Below, piece by piece: positions 1 to 11,375 of a stretch of DNA of 64,000 bases (position 1 is its first letter; each line of letters begins with the position of its first letter). The notes beneath the pieces were generated by a model. That model made no database searches, was not told the origin of the DNA, and saw only the letters and a list, made by a program, of their open reading frames with translations. Both the position numbers and the translations under genes were made by a program. This DNA is from Oopsacas minuta (Eukaryota; Animalia; Porifera): positions 124,001 through 188,000 of the forward strand of contig JAKMXF010000266.1 in assembly GCA_024704765.1 (NCBI GenBank). Direction: 5' to 3'.

Positions 1-2
1 GC

Positions 3-143
3 AGAGTTGGAAAGATCTTCCTACAAATGAAATTTAAAATATTCACAGGCGAGATTATTAGCATTGAAATGAGTATAGAGCAGTTCTACTCATTTCTCCA
101 CGAAATGGAGAAAGCGAGAGCTAGTATTGAATATCTAATCTAG
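3..143 (+). CDS. COMMD7: COMM domain-containing protein 7, 3' end (partial; gene continues upstream of window)
   Basis: Manual translation of frame 3: RVGKIFLQMKFKIFTGEIISIEMSIEQFYSFLHEMEKARASIEYLI* (TAG 141-143). This matches the COMMD7 C-terminus as I recall it (KVGSIFLQLKL...ELTLPQFYSFLHEMERVR). Not in the ORF track. Confidence 0.85.
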   Translation, partial: RVGKIFLQMKFKIFTGEIISIEMSIEQFYSFLHEMEKARASIEYLI

Positions 144-275
144 CATATACGTATTATCTATGTATTTGATTGATATAATGTATAAAGTGTTGTTAAATTC
201 TAATAAGATTATTTATCCAGTAATATTGTTATATAGAAAAATACATAAATAAATATATTAGTGATAGTTTAAATA

Positions 276-1472
276 ATGCAAATTTCTGACGAATTCGCAG
301 CTGAATCCGGTCTGGGCTATACCTGGGAAGCAGAGTATGAGAAGAGTTGGGAAGCTCTTAAGGAAGATGAGATCGGAGATCTACAGTCGAGTATTGATAA
401 AATAGTAGCTGACAAGGCATTAGCAAAGAGAAAATTGTTATTACGTCAGCGTCTCCCAAAGAATATTCGTCTGGGTATGACCAGATGTTTGTGCTTAGTA
501 ATCGACCAATCTAGATGGATGATAGAACGTGACATGAGACCTACACGTCTTGGATGTTGTTGTAAACTAATCCCAGAATTCATTAAACAGTTTTTCTCAC
601 AAAACCCTGTTTCTCAACTCTCCATTATAGTTAGTAAAGACGGTCGTGCTAGCCTAGCTTCTCCAATGCTAGCTCAGGTCCAAAAACATATTAAATCTGT
701 TACCGCGTTAAAACCAATAGAATGTTCAGGTGATATTTCCCTACAGAACTCATTAGAAATGTCTATGAGACTTCTTAAACATGTTCCCTCGCATATGAAC
801 AAGGAAATCCTTGTCATAACAGGCTCTCTCAACACATGCGACCCTGATAACATCAATAATTCAGTACAAAAAGCCATTGATGAAGGTATAAGATGTTCAA
901 TTATATCTCTAGCAGCTGAAGTATTCATTTTCAAACACGTAGCAAAAAGTACACAAGGTTCTTATGACGTGTGTATTGATGAAAACCATTTCAGAGATCT
1001 TTTACTTTATCATACAAATCCACCTCCTTCAAAACCTGGCCATGAAGCTTCGCTTATTAAAATGGGTTTCCCAATTTACACTGTAGAGTCACAACCTGCA
1101 TTATGCTTGTGTCATATTAGTCAAAATTTATCAGATATAGAATTGCTATCCAAACCTACGTATTCATGTCCACAATGTGCTAGTAAATACTGTGAAGTAC
1201 CGATAGAATGTAAAGGATGTGGACTTCCGCTCGTATCAGCCTCGCATCTAGCTCGTTCATACCAACATTTATTCCCCGTGCCTCCATTCGAGGAGAGAGA
1301 ATTCGACACAAATTGGATTCAAGCTGTGAATTGCGCAGCTTGTGGAGTCCCGTTTAGTAATAAACAAAAATTGTTTACTTGTACTCAATGCAGTAATAGC
1401 TATTGTATAGATTGTGATATCTATATACACGAGACATTGCATTCATGTCCTGATTGTGTCAATTTACATTAA
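276..1472 (+). CDS. GTF2H2: General transcription factor IIH subunit 2 (p44/Ssl1), intronless
   Basis: 398-aa ORF. N-terminal GYTWEAEYEKSWEAL motif, Ssl1 vWA domain (RLGMTRCLCLVID...SLQNSLE...TCDP), C4 zinc finger (CPQCASKYCEVPIECKGCG..LVSASHLARSYQHLFP) and C-terminal C1-like finger (YCIDCDIYIHETLHSCPDC). Confidence 0.97.
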   Translation: MQISDEFAAESGLGYTWEAEYEKSWEALKEDEIGDLQSSIDKIVADKALAKRKLLLRQRLPKNIRLGMTRCLCLVIDQSRWMIERDMRPTRLGCCCKLIPEFIKQFFSQNPVSQLSIIVSKDGRASLASPMLAQVQKHIKSVTALKPIECSGDISLQNSLEMSMRLLKHVPSHMNKEILVITGSLNTCDPDNINNSVQKAIDEGIRCSIISLAAEVFIFKHVAKSTQGSYDVCIDENHFRDLLLYHTNPPPSKPGHEASLIKMGFPIYTVESQPALCLCHISQNLSDIELLSKPTYSCPQCASKYCEVPIECKGCGLPLVSASHLARSYQHLFPVPPFEEREFDTNWIQAVNCAACGVPFSNKQKLFTCTQCSNSYCIDCDIYIHETLHSCPDCVNLH

Positions 1473-1532
1473 TTCTAATTCTATTATTTATGTTTATCTT
1501 GAATATTTCATATGTTATCATTCTTAATTTAG

Positions 1533-2811
1533 GTTTTTAATCGAGTTTATGGAGGCAGGAGGGCCTCTTACTGTTATGGAGATTGTAAAGTCCCGAGAAG
1601 GAAAGGAATCGGATAAAACAGAAGCCTTACGTCTGCTGTTACAAATAATTAACTCTGGTAGACAGTATAAGGAGTTTCTATGTGAAAATGGTGCTATAAG
1701 AGGTATAGCTGAATGTCTGGGAAATAGCGCTAATATTCAAACACAAGAAGCTTGCAAACAGGTCAATAATCCTTTATGATTTATTTGGTAAATTGTATTT
1801 ATTGTGTTTAATAGGTTCTGTATAAACTAGCCATAGGCAACCCGCGTCACAGCTTGAAGGTGTACACAGCCTTGGTAGCACTGCTACAAGCTAGGAGTCC
1901 TTCTGCACAAAAGCTAGCTGCTTCTACTCTAAGGAAAATACACCCAACTTTAGATCCTATAGGTAAGTAAATACTACTTACTAATATGCGAACTACACTT
2001 GTATACAATTCTCCTCTGCTTCTAGAGGTTGGTATTCGTGTGGTAGAACCAGCTAGCCTTCTATTAAGAAGCACAGATGTTGAAACTCAGTTGGAAGGTC
2101 AACTTCTCCTACAAGAGATTGCTAAAGATATTGATACCAGACAAGCAGTGTTAATCGCACTTCTAACTCTGCTTAACCCTATTGCAACAGAAGGCCAGCC
2201 TCTACCGTTACCACTATCCATACAGCAAGCTTCTTCTGCAAAGTACGTTTATGTCTACATTTGAATTACGATATGTCTGTAGCATCTTTTACAAACGTAA
2301 TTATTCGTTCGCTCCTAAGTTGATTTCACCCAAAATTATACAAAGTAGACTGGATTTGTCTACCAAAACACAGACAAAGTTTGCTGATACTATCTTTCAC
2401 GTATATAGCATGTGCAGACGAAGTATATGATCAGTGTTTTGCACAATATTCTGCTAATTTGTGTTTAATAATGATTAATATTTTGGATTTTATTTGGACT
2501 AATTTCTTAGATTATTAAAACATTTGATTGAGACTTATCCTGATGTAAGTGGTAGTTTAATACGTTTGAATGGCTTGGAGTGTTTATTGACGTCAATGGG
2601 TAATATATACTACGCAGACAGCCAGAAACAAGCTAGCATATGTCTGAATCTACTCATTGAATCAAGCAGTGATAATTTTTTATCTGAAAAAGTTAAATCT
2701 GTAATTGGAAGTGATTTCTATAACGAGTTCAGGCGAGATCCGGAACGCTTATACACCAAAATGACATCAATACAAGCTCAACTACTACGTAGCGTCCAGA
2801 CTTTTAATTAA
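1533..2811 (+). CDS. ARMH1: Armadillo-like helical domain-containing protein 1 (C1orf228 homolog); four exons, N-terminal ~95 aa not found in the window
   Basis: Exons 1533-1761, 1815-1962, 2026-2242, 2511-2811 with GT-AG boundaries. The spliced product (R)FLIEFMEAGGPLTVMEI...NSGRQYKEFLCE...KLAIGNPRH..KVYTALVALL...QQASSAK...SMGN..ADSQKQAS...LYTKMTSIQAQLL aligns along its length with recalled human ARMH1 (RYLIEFLEVGGVLTLLEI...NSGRTYKELICE...GNPKYQNQVYKGLIALL...QQAAAAK...AMGNTDHSNSQRLAS...LYMKIDSIQADIL). Confidence 0.8.
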
Positions 2812-2918
2812 CGGATTCCCGTTACTTTGACTCACAAATTAGTTACACACTGCATTCAGCAGAGATCAGTTACTACGTATACTGTAAGGTCAAGCTATAG
2901 CACTAACATATTTATGTA

Positions 2919-3042
2919 CAGTAAACTCTGGTTATAACGAAGTGCTCTGGTCCTAAGATTGATTTCTTTGTAAGCGAAGTAAATCAATTAATTTCAAGCT
3001 ATAGGGGGTAGAGGATCATTTGGTCATAATGGGAGTTTACTG
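2919..3042. mobile_element. Non-autonomous pogo/Tigger-like MITE
   Basis: Perfect 10-bp terminal inverted repeats CAGTAAACTC (2919-2928) and GAGTTTACTG (3033-3042), flanked by TA on both sides (typical Tc1/mariner/pogo target-site duplication). No coding capacity. Confidence 0.7.
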
Positions 3043-3869
3043 TACTTATTCTATTATAATTTAGACTCCTTTAAATGCCTCGAATCTCTGAGAAATATTT
3101 AAGAAAATATATGAGTTTTTTATAACTGGGATTTACTGATTGTAAAAGTGTTTTCTGATTTCATATTTTCGCGTAATTAGGCTCTAGCAAAATCGCCTTT
3201 AAAGAAATTTCTGAAGTTCATTTCACATTCTATCACCCGAATTATCAAACTTGTTGATTTCATAGACGTCGCTATTTGTAACACAACTTATTATAACTAG
3301 CAATTAAATTCATATACTCACATTAATTACTTACATTTGTCAAAGTATCTTGAGTTTTATGGCTCCAGACTCGATAAGAACTTACTCAATGTTAAGTAGT
3401 CGAGTTGTTATGTCCTAATAGCTTCGAAATCATTAGAGACGATATTCAAAGGATTTATTAAAGTTCATGTCCGGGATAAGTAGATTCTTAATAATGAATG
3501 TTATAGAATTACCCAACAACTATTTCCATTCTGACAGCTCGAATTAGCTGACATAATTCCTGACAATTAGCCATTCTTACACATCTTTCCAAGGCTACCC
3601 TATTTGGCTCCAACTTATTTGCTTACCACATGCTGTAAACCATCATTAACCTGATTCATTTCCAATTAGAATTTCATTTGACATAATATGTAGTAAATGC
3701 ATAGGTTTCTGCTGTGTCAAATGTCATTATCTTTCAGTACTCATTTTAGATATTACATACAAATGTAATGAGTTACGATGAACTTAATTCGATAGCAAAA
3801 ATTAACTATCACTCCAGCATTTTATTTCATTCCCTGCTAATCGATTGCACAGGTAATTATTAGATATTA

Positions 3870-5525
3870 ATGGCTCAGTCTAGTCCCTCTGCTGGGGATA
3901 ATATTAAGGATAAATCAATTTATAGCGGTGTGGCAGTTATAATAGTAAACAGCTATATTAATCCCGTATCGAATCAAGCTACTAAACCAGTGAAGAAATT
4001 GCCATCAAATTCTGAAGCGGAAATAAAGTTCACTAGATGGTGTTGCCTGTTCGAGAACTTAGGATTTGCTGTTCTTGGTGATTACTGTATGAAATATTCC
4101 GGTATGCAGCAAGTAATACGAAATCTACAGGATGTTGATTCGCAAAAATTCGCGAGCCTTGTGTTCGTGTTGATAGGTTATTCAAGGAAAGGAAAATTCG
4201 TTTGTGAAGATGGATTAAGATTTGATCTAAACACATTTTATTCCGCTTTTTCTTCAAATCCTTTATCACCCTGGACCAACAAGCCGAAATGTTATTTTGT
4301 TGACACCTTTGATATTCCGAGGTCTTGGTTTTCGCGACTATTCAGCGAGGCAAAAATTTTACCCCTACCACCGCGACAAACAACGAGAGATAAATCCATA
4401 AAACGATCAACTTTCTACTTAGTTATAACGCGGAATGTGCCTTACCGTCAACCTATCGCATCTGATCTCCTGCGAAATGACAAACTAACAGGTATTATTT
4501 TTCGCGAAGCTTCCCAGCTTGGTTGTAAGATATTTGAAAGACTGCATCACTTAGCAGTTGACATTGACATTGAACGTTCAGCATTCACTCCTTCTGACAA
4601 ACCCCCATCGAGTCCATTGCCGGGCAGCGGCAGCCTAACAGGTGATGATATCACTATACGAGACTACTGCGATGGGAAATTCTTTGCTAATATCACTAAG
4701 TCCGTAAAAGGCGTTAATAGTAAACCTAAACTCAATCTAGCCCTCGAGGAAGAGGCACAACCTTGGTTCCATGGTTATCTCACTGTGAGACGAGCTGAGG
4801 AGAGATTGGTAAAGGATGGAGATTGGTTGGTACGATTTAGTCCGTCTTTTGACACATACGGGCTCCCTTTCTTATCAGTCCTACATAAGAATTTTTTCTT
4901 CCATCTCCCCATAAGGGCTTCTCATGGGTTTTACAAGTTAGGTAACGAAACAAAGAGCAAAATATCTCAATTAGTAAATCATTTTTATGAGAAAAATACT
5001 CCATTACGCTCTCACGGTCATGAAATAATTCTCCGTGCATTTAGAGTAAGAACTCTAGATGAATGTAATGATAATGCTTCTGTAGACTTTGATACAGAAA
5101 TGGATTATAAGGTTTTAGACAATTTAATCAATCCTGAGATAGAAGTTTTAAAACAGCCTTGGTTCTATGGATGGGTGGGGTCCGAGCAGATTGGGGAGTT
5201 GTTGAGAGAGGAGGGCACCTTTCTAGTCCGACAAACTCCTTCTGATTCATCTCACTGGGGGAACTTCGTCATCAGCTCATTAAGCTGTGGACAAATACAA
5301 CAAACTCATATACGTTTAACAATTAACGGACAAGTCTATGTAGTTAAAGGAGAAAACTTTCCAACAGTGAGTCATCTTGTAGCCTACCACTTCAATACAC
5401 AGAAACCTATTCCTACTACACAACCTGAAATAAATGTGCTACTACAGCGATACCTTATTAACCCATACTTCCCAGATCCTATGTCACTTCCTTATAAGGA
5501 GTTTAGGTATCCAAGACTGAGTTAA
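3870..5525 (+). CDS. Pseudocaspase-SH2-SH2 protein (inactive caspase-like domain followed by two SH2 domains), intronless
   Basis: 551-aa ORF. aa ~18-150 follow caspase p20 motifs (GVAVIIVN; LFENLGFAV; SLVFVLIGYS; CEDG; NKPKCYFVDTF). SH2-1 starts at aa ~297 (QPWFHG...GDWLVRFS...ISQLVNHFY). SH2-2 starts at aa ~429 (QPWFYG...GTFLVRQT...FPTVSHLVAYHF). Confidence 0.8.
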   Translation: MAQSSPSAGDNIKDKSIYSGVAVIIVNSYINPVSNQATKPVKKLPSNSEAEIKFTRWCCLFENLGFAVLGDYCMKYSGMQQVIRNLQDVDSQKFASLVFVLIGYSRKGKFVCEDGLRFDLNTFYSAFSSNPLSPWTNKPKCYFVDTFDIPRSWFSRLFSEAKILPLPPRQTTRDKSIKRSTFYLVITRNVPYRQPIASDLLRNDKLTGIIFREASQLGCKIFERLHHLAVDIDIERSAFTPSDKPPSSPLPGSGSLTGDDITIRDYCDGKFFANITKSVKGVNSKPKLNLALEEEAQPWFHGYLTVRRAEERLVKDGDWLVRFSPSFDTYGLPFLSVLHKNFFFHLPIRASHGFYKLGNETKSKISQLVNHFYEKNTPLRSHGHEIILRAFRVRTLDECNDNASVDFDTEMDYKVLDNLINPEIEVLKQPWFYGWVGSEQIGELLREEGTFLVRQTPSDSSHWGNFVISSLSCGQIQQTHIRLTINGQVYVVKGENFPTVSHLVAYHFNTQKPIPTTQPEINVLLQRYLINPYFPDPMSLPYKEFRYPRLS

Positions 5526-5717
5526 TGCATCCTGATCACCTACAGATTAATCTCTTATATTTTATTTTAAGATCTATTCACCATAATTAATATCTATTTA
5601 ATCTGGGTCCTTAATTGCTATCTTATTTATCCACAAAATGGCACTCATTAAAGCAATACTTTTATCGGTTACAGAGCACAATTAGGCTATATACGTATTT
5701 AATCAGTTTCAAGAAAC

Positions 5718-8700
5718 ATGCCATCACTCCAAAAGGTTAAAGACCTAATACAGCAGATAAGGGCTTGCAAAACTGCTGCCTTAGAGCGTGATCTTGTAAA
5801 CAAAGAATGTGCCAAAATTCGAGACACACTTTCCTTAGAACACAATGACATCCGTCACATCAACGTAGCCAAGCTCTTGTATATATTCATGTTAGGTTAT
5901 CCAGCACATTTTGGCCAGGTAATTCAATGTTTAGCCAATTACTATACATAATATAATTATGACATATTGTCTAGATGGAGTGTCTCAAGTTAATTTCATC
6001 TAACAGCTTCACTGATAAGAAAATTGGTTATTTAGGATCTTCCTTACTGTTAGACGAGAGACAAGATGTCCATCTTCTACTTACTAATTCAATAAAAAAG
6101 TACGTACGTTTATATACTATTGTAACCCTATGAATATCATTTTAATAGAATTATTCTCTCAAAGTTTATAATACCAATTACAACTTTTTGACTTCTCATA
6201 ATATGAGCGAATCCTTAACCAATGGATACCACATTACCGCCTGTCCTGTGAATTTCGTATAATTGCGCAAATTTGCACATAATATGATTTGTATTTTATG
6301 ATTCTGAGGACATTAGTGTGTAAGATTCTCTTTCACATTTTTCTGAATCTTGCAATTCTTGCACAAAGTGCGCTTCTAGCACATGAAAGTTGGAATAATC
6401 TTCTCTCAGTGCTTCCTCTTTTTTGCGAAATTTATCCATTTTTTCTTCATATGTTTCAATTGATTTTTGCATATTTTCGATTGCAGTTTTTTTAGTTTCA
6501 AACTCTGCTTCAAGCAAGCTAACTTCTCTAGCTAAGTCACTGCGACCTTTTTCCTTAAATTCACTGATTAATACAGATTTTGTATTACGAAACTTAGCTA
6601 GTATTTCATCCAAGAGTTTGTAGTATATGGCCATTGTTTGTTTGTGTTCTAATTCTTTTGTATTTTCTTCTACCGTCAACGCGTCTATTTCATCTCGATA
6701 TCCGTAATGTTCTGCCATTAGCTCATCATGCTGCTTGTCTAGCACGCCGCATTTATTTTTCAAAGTTGCTAATTCTTTGATCGTTTCGAGGTGTTTCTTC
6801 TCAACTTCTTTCCGTTTTTGGAAATTCGTTTGCAATTCAAATTCACGATTAACTCGACGACTGTTTTCTGTGTGAAGTAATCTCTCGTTTCGACCCTTTT
6901 CGGCTTGAATCTCGTTCAAACTCTTGGAAATTAAATCTATATTGAATCCATCACTCGTTTCCATTTTGATATCGTATTCATAAAATTATTAACTTCTAAT
7001 TTAGTGTTTCTTTAAATGATTGTAATTTTACAATTTCTTCTCGAATGAATGTCAGAGATGCGCGCTTGAACGATCAGATAATTAATCAATCTTAAAACTA
7101 GCTATCTTCATCAGACATTACATAAAACTGCTTATATCGTCATAAAACCCAGATTAATACAATTCATACACTCGGCTTCATTTATTATGTAAAATATGTG
7201 GCAGTTTGATTAGTTGTATATCACCAATCTTGGAAGCCAGCGCGGCGTTTACTAATGTGACTTTATCTTAGTCTCTTGCGTCAGTTCAATTTTGGGTGAG
7301 CGAAAATATTGCAATGAATTGTGATGATGTCCACGTATCACCTGATTAAAATATATTAGATCCATTTATTCAAATTTATGGAAGAATACAGTAGGTATTC
7401 TACTGATAGACAAAATCTAGAGAAATTTAATTGTCTAAGAATTTATGTAACAATCTATCCTTTTAGGGAATTTAACCATAGCTCACAGTATGTAGTAGGA
7501 CTGGCGCTTTCAACTCTTGGCTGGTAAGGTTCATATATACTACTGCTTGCTATCCTCTGACGTATTTAACATTTGTACTTTATAGTATTTTGTCAGCAGA
7601 GATGGGGCGGGATTTATCCACAGAAGTTGAGAAACTTTTCAGTCACAAGCACTCCTACGTTAGAAAAAAGGTAATCTGTTCGTTTAATTATCAGAAATAA
7701 TTTGATACTATATATGTTATCTAGGCTGCTCTATGTGCTGTAAGGATTGTATCCAAAGATGGAGATTTGGCTGAGAACTTTAAATCATCAGTTAAAAAGT
7801 TGCTATCAGATCGGAATCATGGTAATGTTCAGTTTGTAGGTCGACAGCGAATATGGTCCTTTTAAGCTCTAATTTTCTGCTTATTCTATTTAAAATTACT
7901 ATAACGATTACCTTAATTGTTCTCCCATAAGTTACACCATATGTTTCTATTAATATTTTACCATTCTATGGAATTGGTAGGATCATTATTGTTTGCATTG
8001 AGAATGTGTAATAATTGCATTGATGGGATTCAAATGTATGGTAACGAGAGTTTAACAAACTTACATACAGAAACAATTGTCAGAATCCACTCATGACTGT
8101 GTAACCTTACGAATTAGGATTAGCTAATTTCAAGTTTTTTTGCAAATTGTTTAACGATATTAATGTGTATAGGTGTTGTTCTTGGTGGTGTTGCACTAGG
8201 CACTGTGATTTGTCAGAAACGTCCTGAATTTCTTGAGGATCTTCGACATAATGTATCCCATCTCGTGAAGCTGATGCGTACACTTCTACAGACAACACAT
8301 GCACCTGATCACGATGTACAAGGTGTTACTGACCCATTCTTACAGGTACTTTTATACTCCTAAATCTGGGTTACGTCATTATATGTATTTCCCATTTGTA
8401 GGTTAATATTCTCACTTTTTTACGAACGCTTGGAAAAGGAGATGAAACGAGTACGGAGTCGATGAATGATATTCTCGCACAAGTAAGTTTATATATGAAA
8501 TTTAATTGAATTTTCCTGTTGCTATTTCCCCAATAATTAGGTAGCTACAAATACAGATTCTGGTAGAAATGTTGGCAATGCAGTGCTTTACGAAACTGTA
8601 AAAACTATAATGGAGATACAAGCTGAGAAGGGCCTTAGGGTAAATTCATAAATATGTATTCTCTTATTATCTCTTTTCATTGGCCAATTCTTAATTGAAT

Positions 8701-11375
8701 CACTTAATTTCTGTACCTGTATGTGAATAATAATTTAATTATTTTGTGTCTTTTCATAAATTAGAGATTCAGTTTTCTTCCATTATGAATTCCATATTTT
8801 ACCTCTTCCACGAAATATGACCTAAAACTCGTATCCAAGCGATACAGTCATGTAATATGATTACGAACGATACATAGAATCCTGATACTTTGCCCTGAAT
8901 CCAATTACGTCTTTGAATTTAAATCCACATTTTACTTGCTTCTTCCCTGAAAGAAATTCTCATCTAGGTTTTAGCGATAAATATTCTCGGACGATTTCTT
9001 CTCAACTCAGATAAGAATATCAGGTAATTAATTCTGAATAATTATACTTGTGTTACGATATTTCAATGGTAAATATACATGACTGAATTCATTATCACTT
9101 CTTGAAAAATGTTAACACAAAATCTATTTTTAATATTTTTTGATTTTTTAAGATACGTTGCACTCAATACACTACTCAAGTCTGTACATACAGCAGATGG
9201 ACCTGCTATACAGCGACACAGAACTACCGTATTAGATTGCCTTAAGGACCCTGATATATCTATTAGAAGGTTTGTATAATTACTTCAGAAATTGGTCTAG
9301 ATTATTATTATTGTATATTTCTTAAGGCGAGCTGTAGAGCTATGTTTTGCACTGATTACTAAAGATAATATAGAGACACTACTTACTGAGATTTTAGCCT
9401 TGCTAGAGACTGCCCCTGAAGAGCTTCAGATGTACGTCATCTCTAATATATTTATTCCAATTGAGAGGTAGTTATTCAATAGAAACTGAATTTATTGCAT
9501 CGATAATGTATATATTTGTATAGATATGCTCCCAGTCAAGAATGGCATGTAAACACTGTACTAGATCTTATACGCACGGTAAGATATGCACAAATGCGAA
9601 AATAGATTTTTTATTTATTAAATAATGTTTCAAAGGCTGGTGGTTTTATCAGAGATGATCAGGTGTCTAGCATTATAGCTCTGTTTGCTTCACAAACAGA
9701 ATATCATCCTGTTATTTCAGCTAAACTATATAAAGCTGTACGGGAAGATGCTTCCTTGGTGAGTTGATATTCGTATTAATATATATGACTTTGGAGCACA
9801 ATGTGAAGTCTGAGCAAACTACCATTTTCTGGCATAATCTGAAAATCTTTGTAAATATAAATATATACATAATTAAGTTGTCGTTGGAATATGACATTTA
9901 TCTTATACTCCCTCTATAGCAACCAGTAGTACAGGTCTCCGTCTGGTGTTTAGGAGAATTCGGAGAGACACTGACTACACAAGAACCTAAGGTATAGAGC
10001 TAATACAATTACCATGGATAATAGTATTCAAATACCCTCCTATCCTAGATTGAAGAAACTGAGATTATTTCTACACTAAATGAACTGATGCATAGCACTC
10101 TACTAAACTCTATGTCTAAAGTATTCACATTCAATTCTCTAATGAAGCTCAGTGTTAGACTGAAGCAACAATCTAATATAGATTTAATAAAGTGTATTCT
10201 AGCTAATTACACTAATAATATGGATGCTGAATTACAGCAGAGAGCTGTAGAGTATAGCACACTATTCAAACAGTATGATTACTTGAGGTATGTTCTGGTT
10301 ATGGTGTGTTTTATTATAAAGTGTTATATTATATGATTTAATAGAGCAAACTTGTTAGAAGAAATTCCCCTGAAAGTAACTGAAAATGAGGACGGAACTG
10401 GAGAAGAGACTTCACGTAATTTATCTCTAGAAATTCCAGTTAAATATCTATGTTAGCTTATATTTAATCTTTTCTATAGTTGATGTTAAAAATCCAAAGA
10501 ACGTAGCACCAGCAAAGAAACCTCAGGAAATGGTAATACGTATATCTCATATTCAATTCTATAACGAATAAATGTGTTTAGCTTTGTTATTAGGATACTC
10601 TATTGGGAATTCTTGGTCCTTCAGACCCAGTCCCACAGCCTACAGCTATGAATGGTGTAGATACGAATAACATACTACTGGATATATTAGGTACTGGTCC
10701 TGTTTTGCCAACTACTCAAGAAACTCCAGGTAGTTGTATGTTGTAATCATGGTAGATTTGAGTGGAATTAATTCACGAAATATTATAGTGAATGGAAATG
10801 ATCTGGATTCACTTCTCGGGATGACTACATTAGTTGCAGGTAGGTCAATATATTTATATATTAACTCATCTCAATTTTATGTATTTCTGGATTAGATACT
10901 TCTACACACATCCCTTCTATCACAGCTTATGAAAAGAATGACATTTGCATAACTTTTAGTTTTGAAAAGAATCCATCTAATCCTGGGTCGTTCAAAATCA
11001 AAATGCAAGCTAAAAACACAACAGCTTTTGTTGAAATCACAGAATTTCTCTTCCAAGCAGCGGTACCTAAGGTATATACAACTGTACTACATTGGATTTC
11101 ACCTATAACTGATTATGTATAGGGATTCGAAATAAAGATGGATCAACCTGACAGCAATATTATACCAGCTCAAGCACAAATAGAACAGCTGATGACGATC
11201 ATGAACCCAAGCAAAGTAATTTACAAATTCTTATAAAATTTTCATACTATCGCTTATACACGACATCTTGTAGGCCCCTGTGAAGATGCTCATCAGGTTT
11301 AGCTACGTCATGAATGGCACAAAGACTGAAGATCAAGCTCAAGTATCAAACTTCCCAGAAGAACTGACGAACTGA
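5718..11375 (+). CDS. AP1G1: AP-1 complex subunit gamma-1 (gamma-adaptin), about 22 exons
   Basis: Exon 1 (5718-5918) encodes ...[19 protein letters not shown] and splices to MECLKLIS...[27 protein letters not shown]. Later exons give [67 protein letters not shown] and a C-terminal GAE ear (FQAAVPK...[11 protein letters not shown] 11373-11375). All introns examined are GT-AG; intron 2 spans 6100-7466. Confidence 0.95.
6296..6964 (-). CDS. Uncharacterised coiled-coil protein nested antisense in AP1G1 intron 2
   Basis: 222-aa intronless ORF with ATG, E/K/L-rich heptad composition. Lies wholly within intron 6100-7466 of AP1G1. Weak, unverified resemblance to CCDC122-like proteins. Confidence 0.7.
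   Translation of the reverse strand: METSDGFNIDLISKSLNEIQAEKGRNERLLHTENSRRVNREFELQTNFQKRKEVEKKHLETIKELATLKNKCGVLDKQHDELMAEHYGYRDEIDALTVEENTKELEHKQTMAIYYKLLDEILAKFRNTKSVLISEFKEKGRSDLAREVSLLEAEFETKKTAIENMQKSIETYEEKMDKFRKKEEALREDYSNFHVLEAHFVQELQDSEKCERESYTLMSSES

Noticed and set aside
3060-3860. Several minus-strand GTAAG motifs suggesting a hidden multi-exon gene between ARMH1 and the SH2 gene
   Set aside because: No consistent reading frame or acceptor set could be assembled; probably spacer or decayed repeat.
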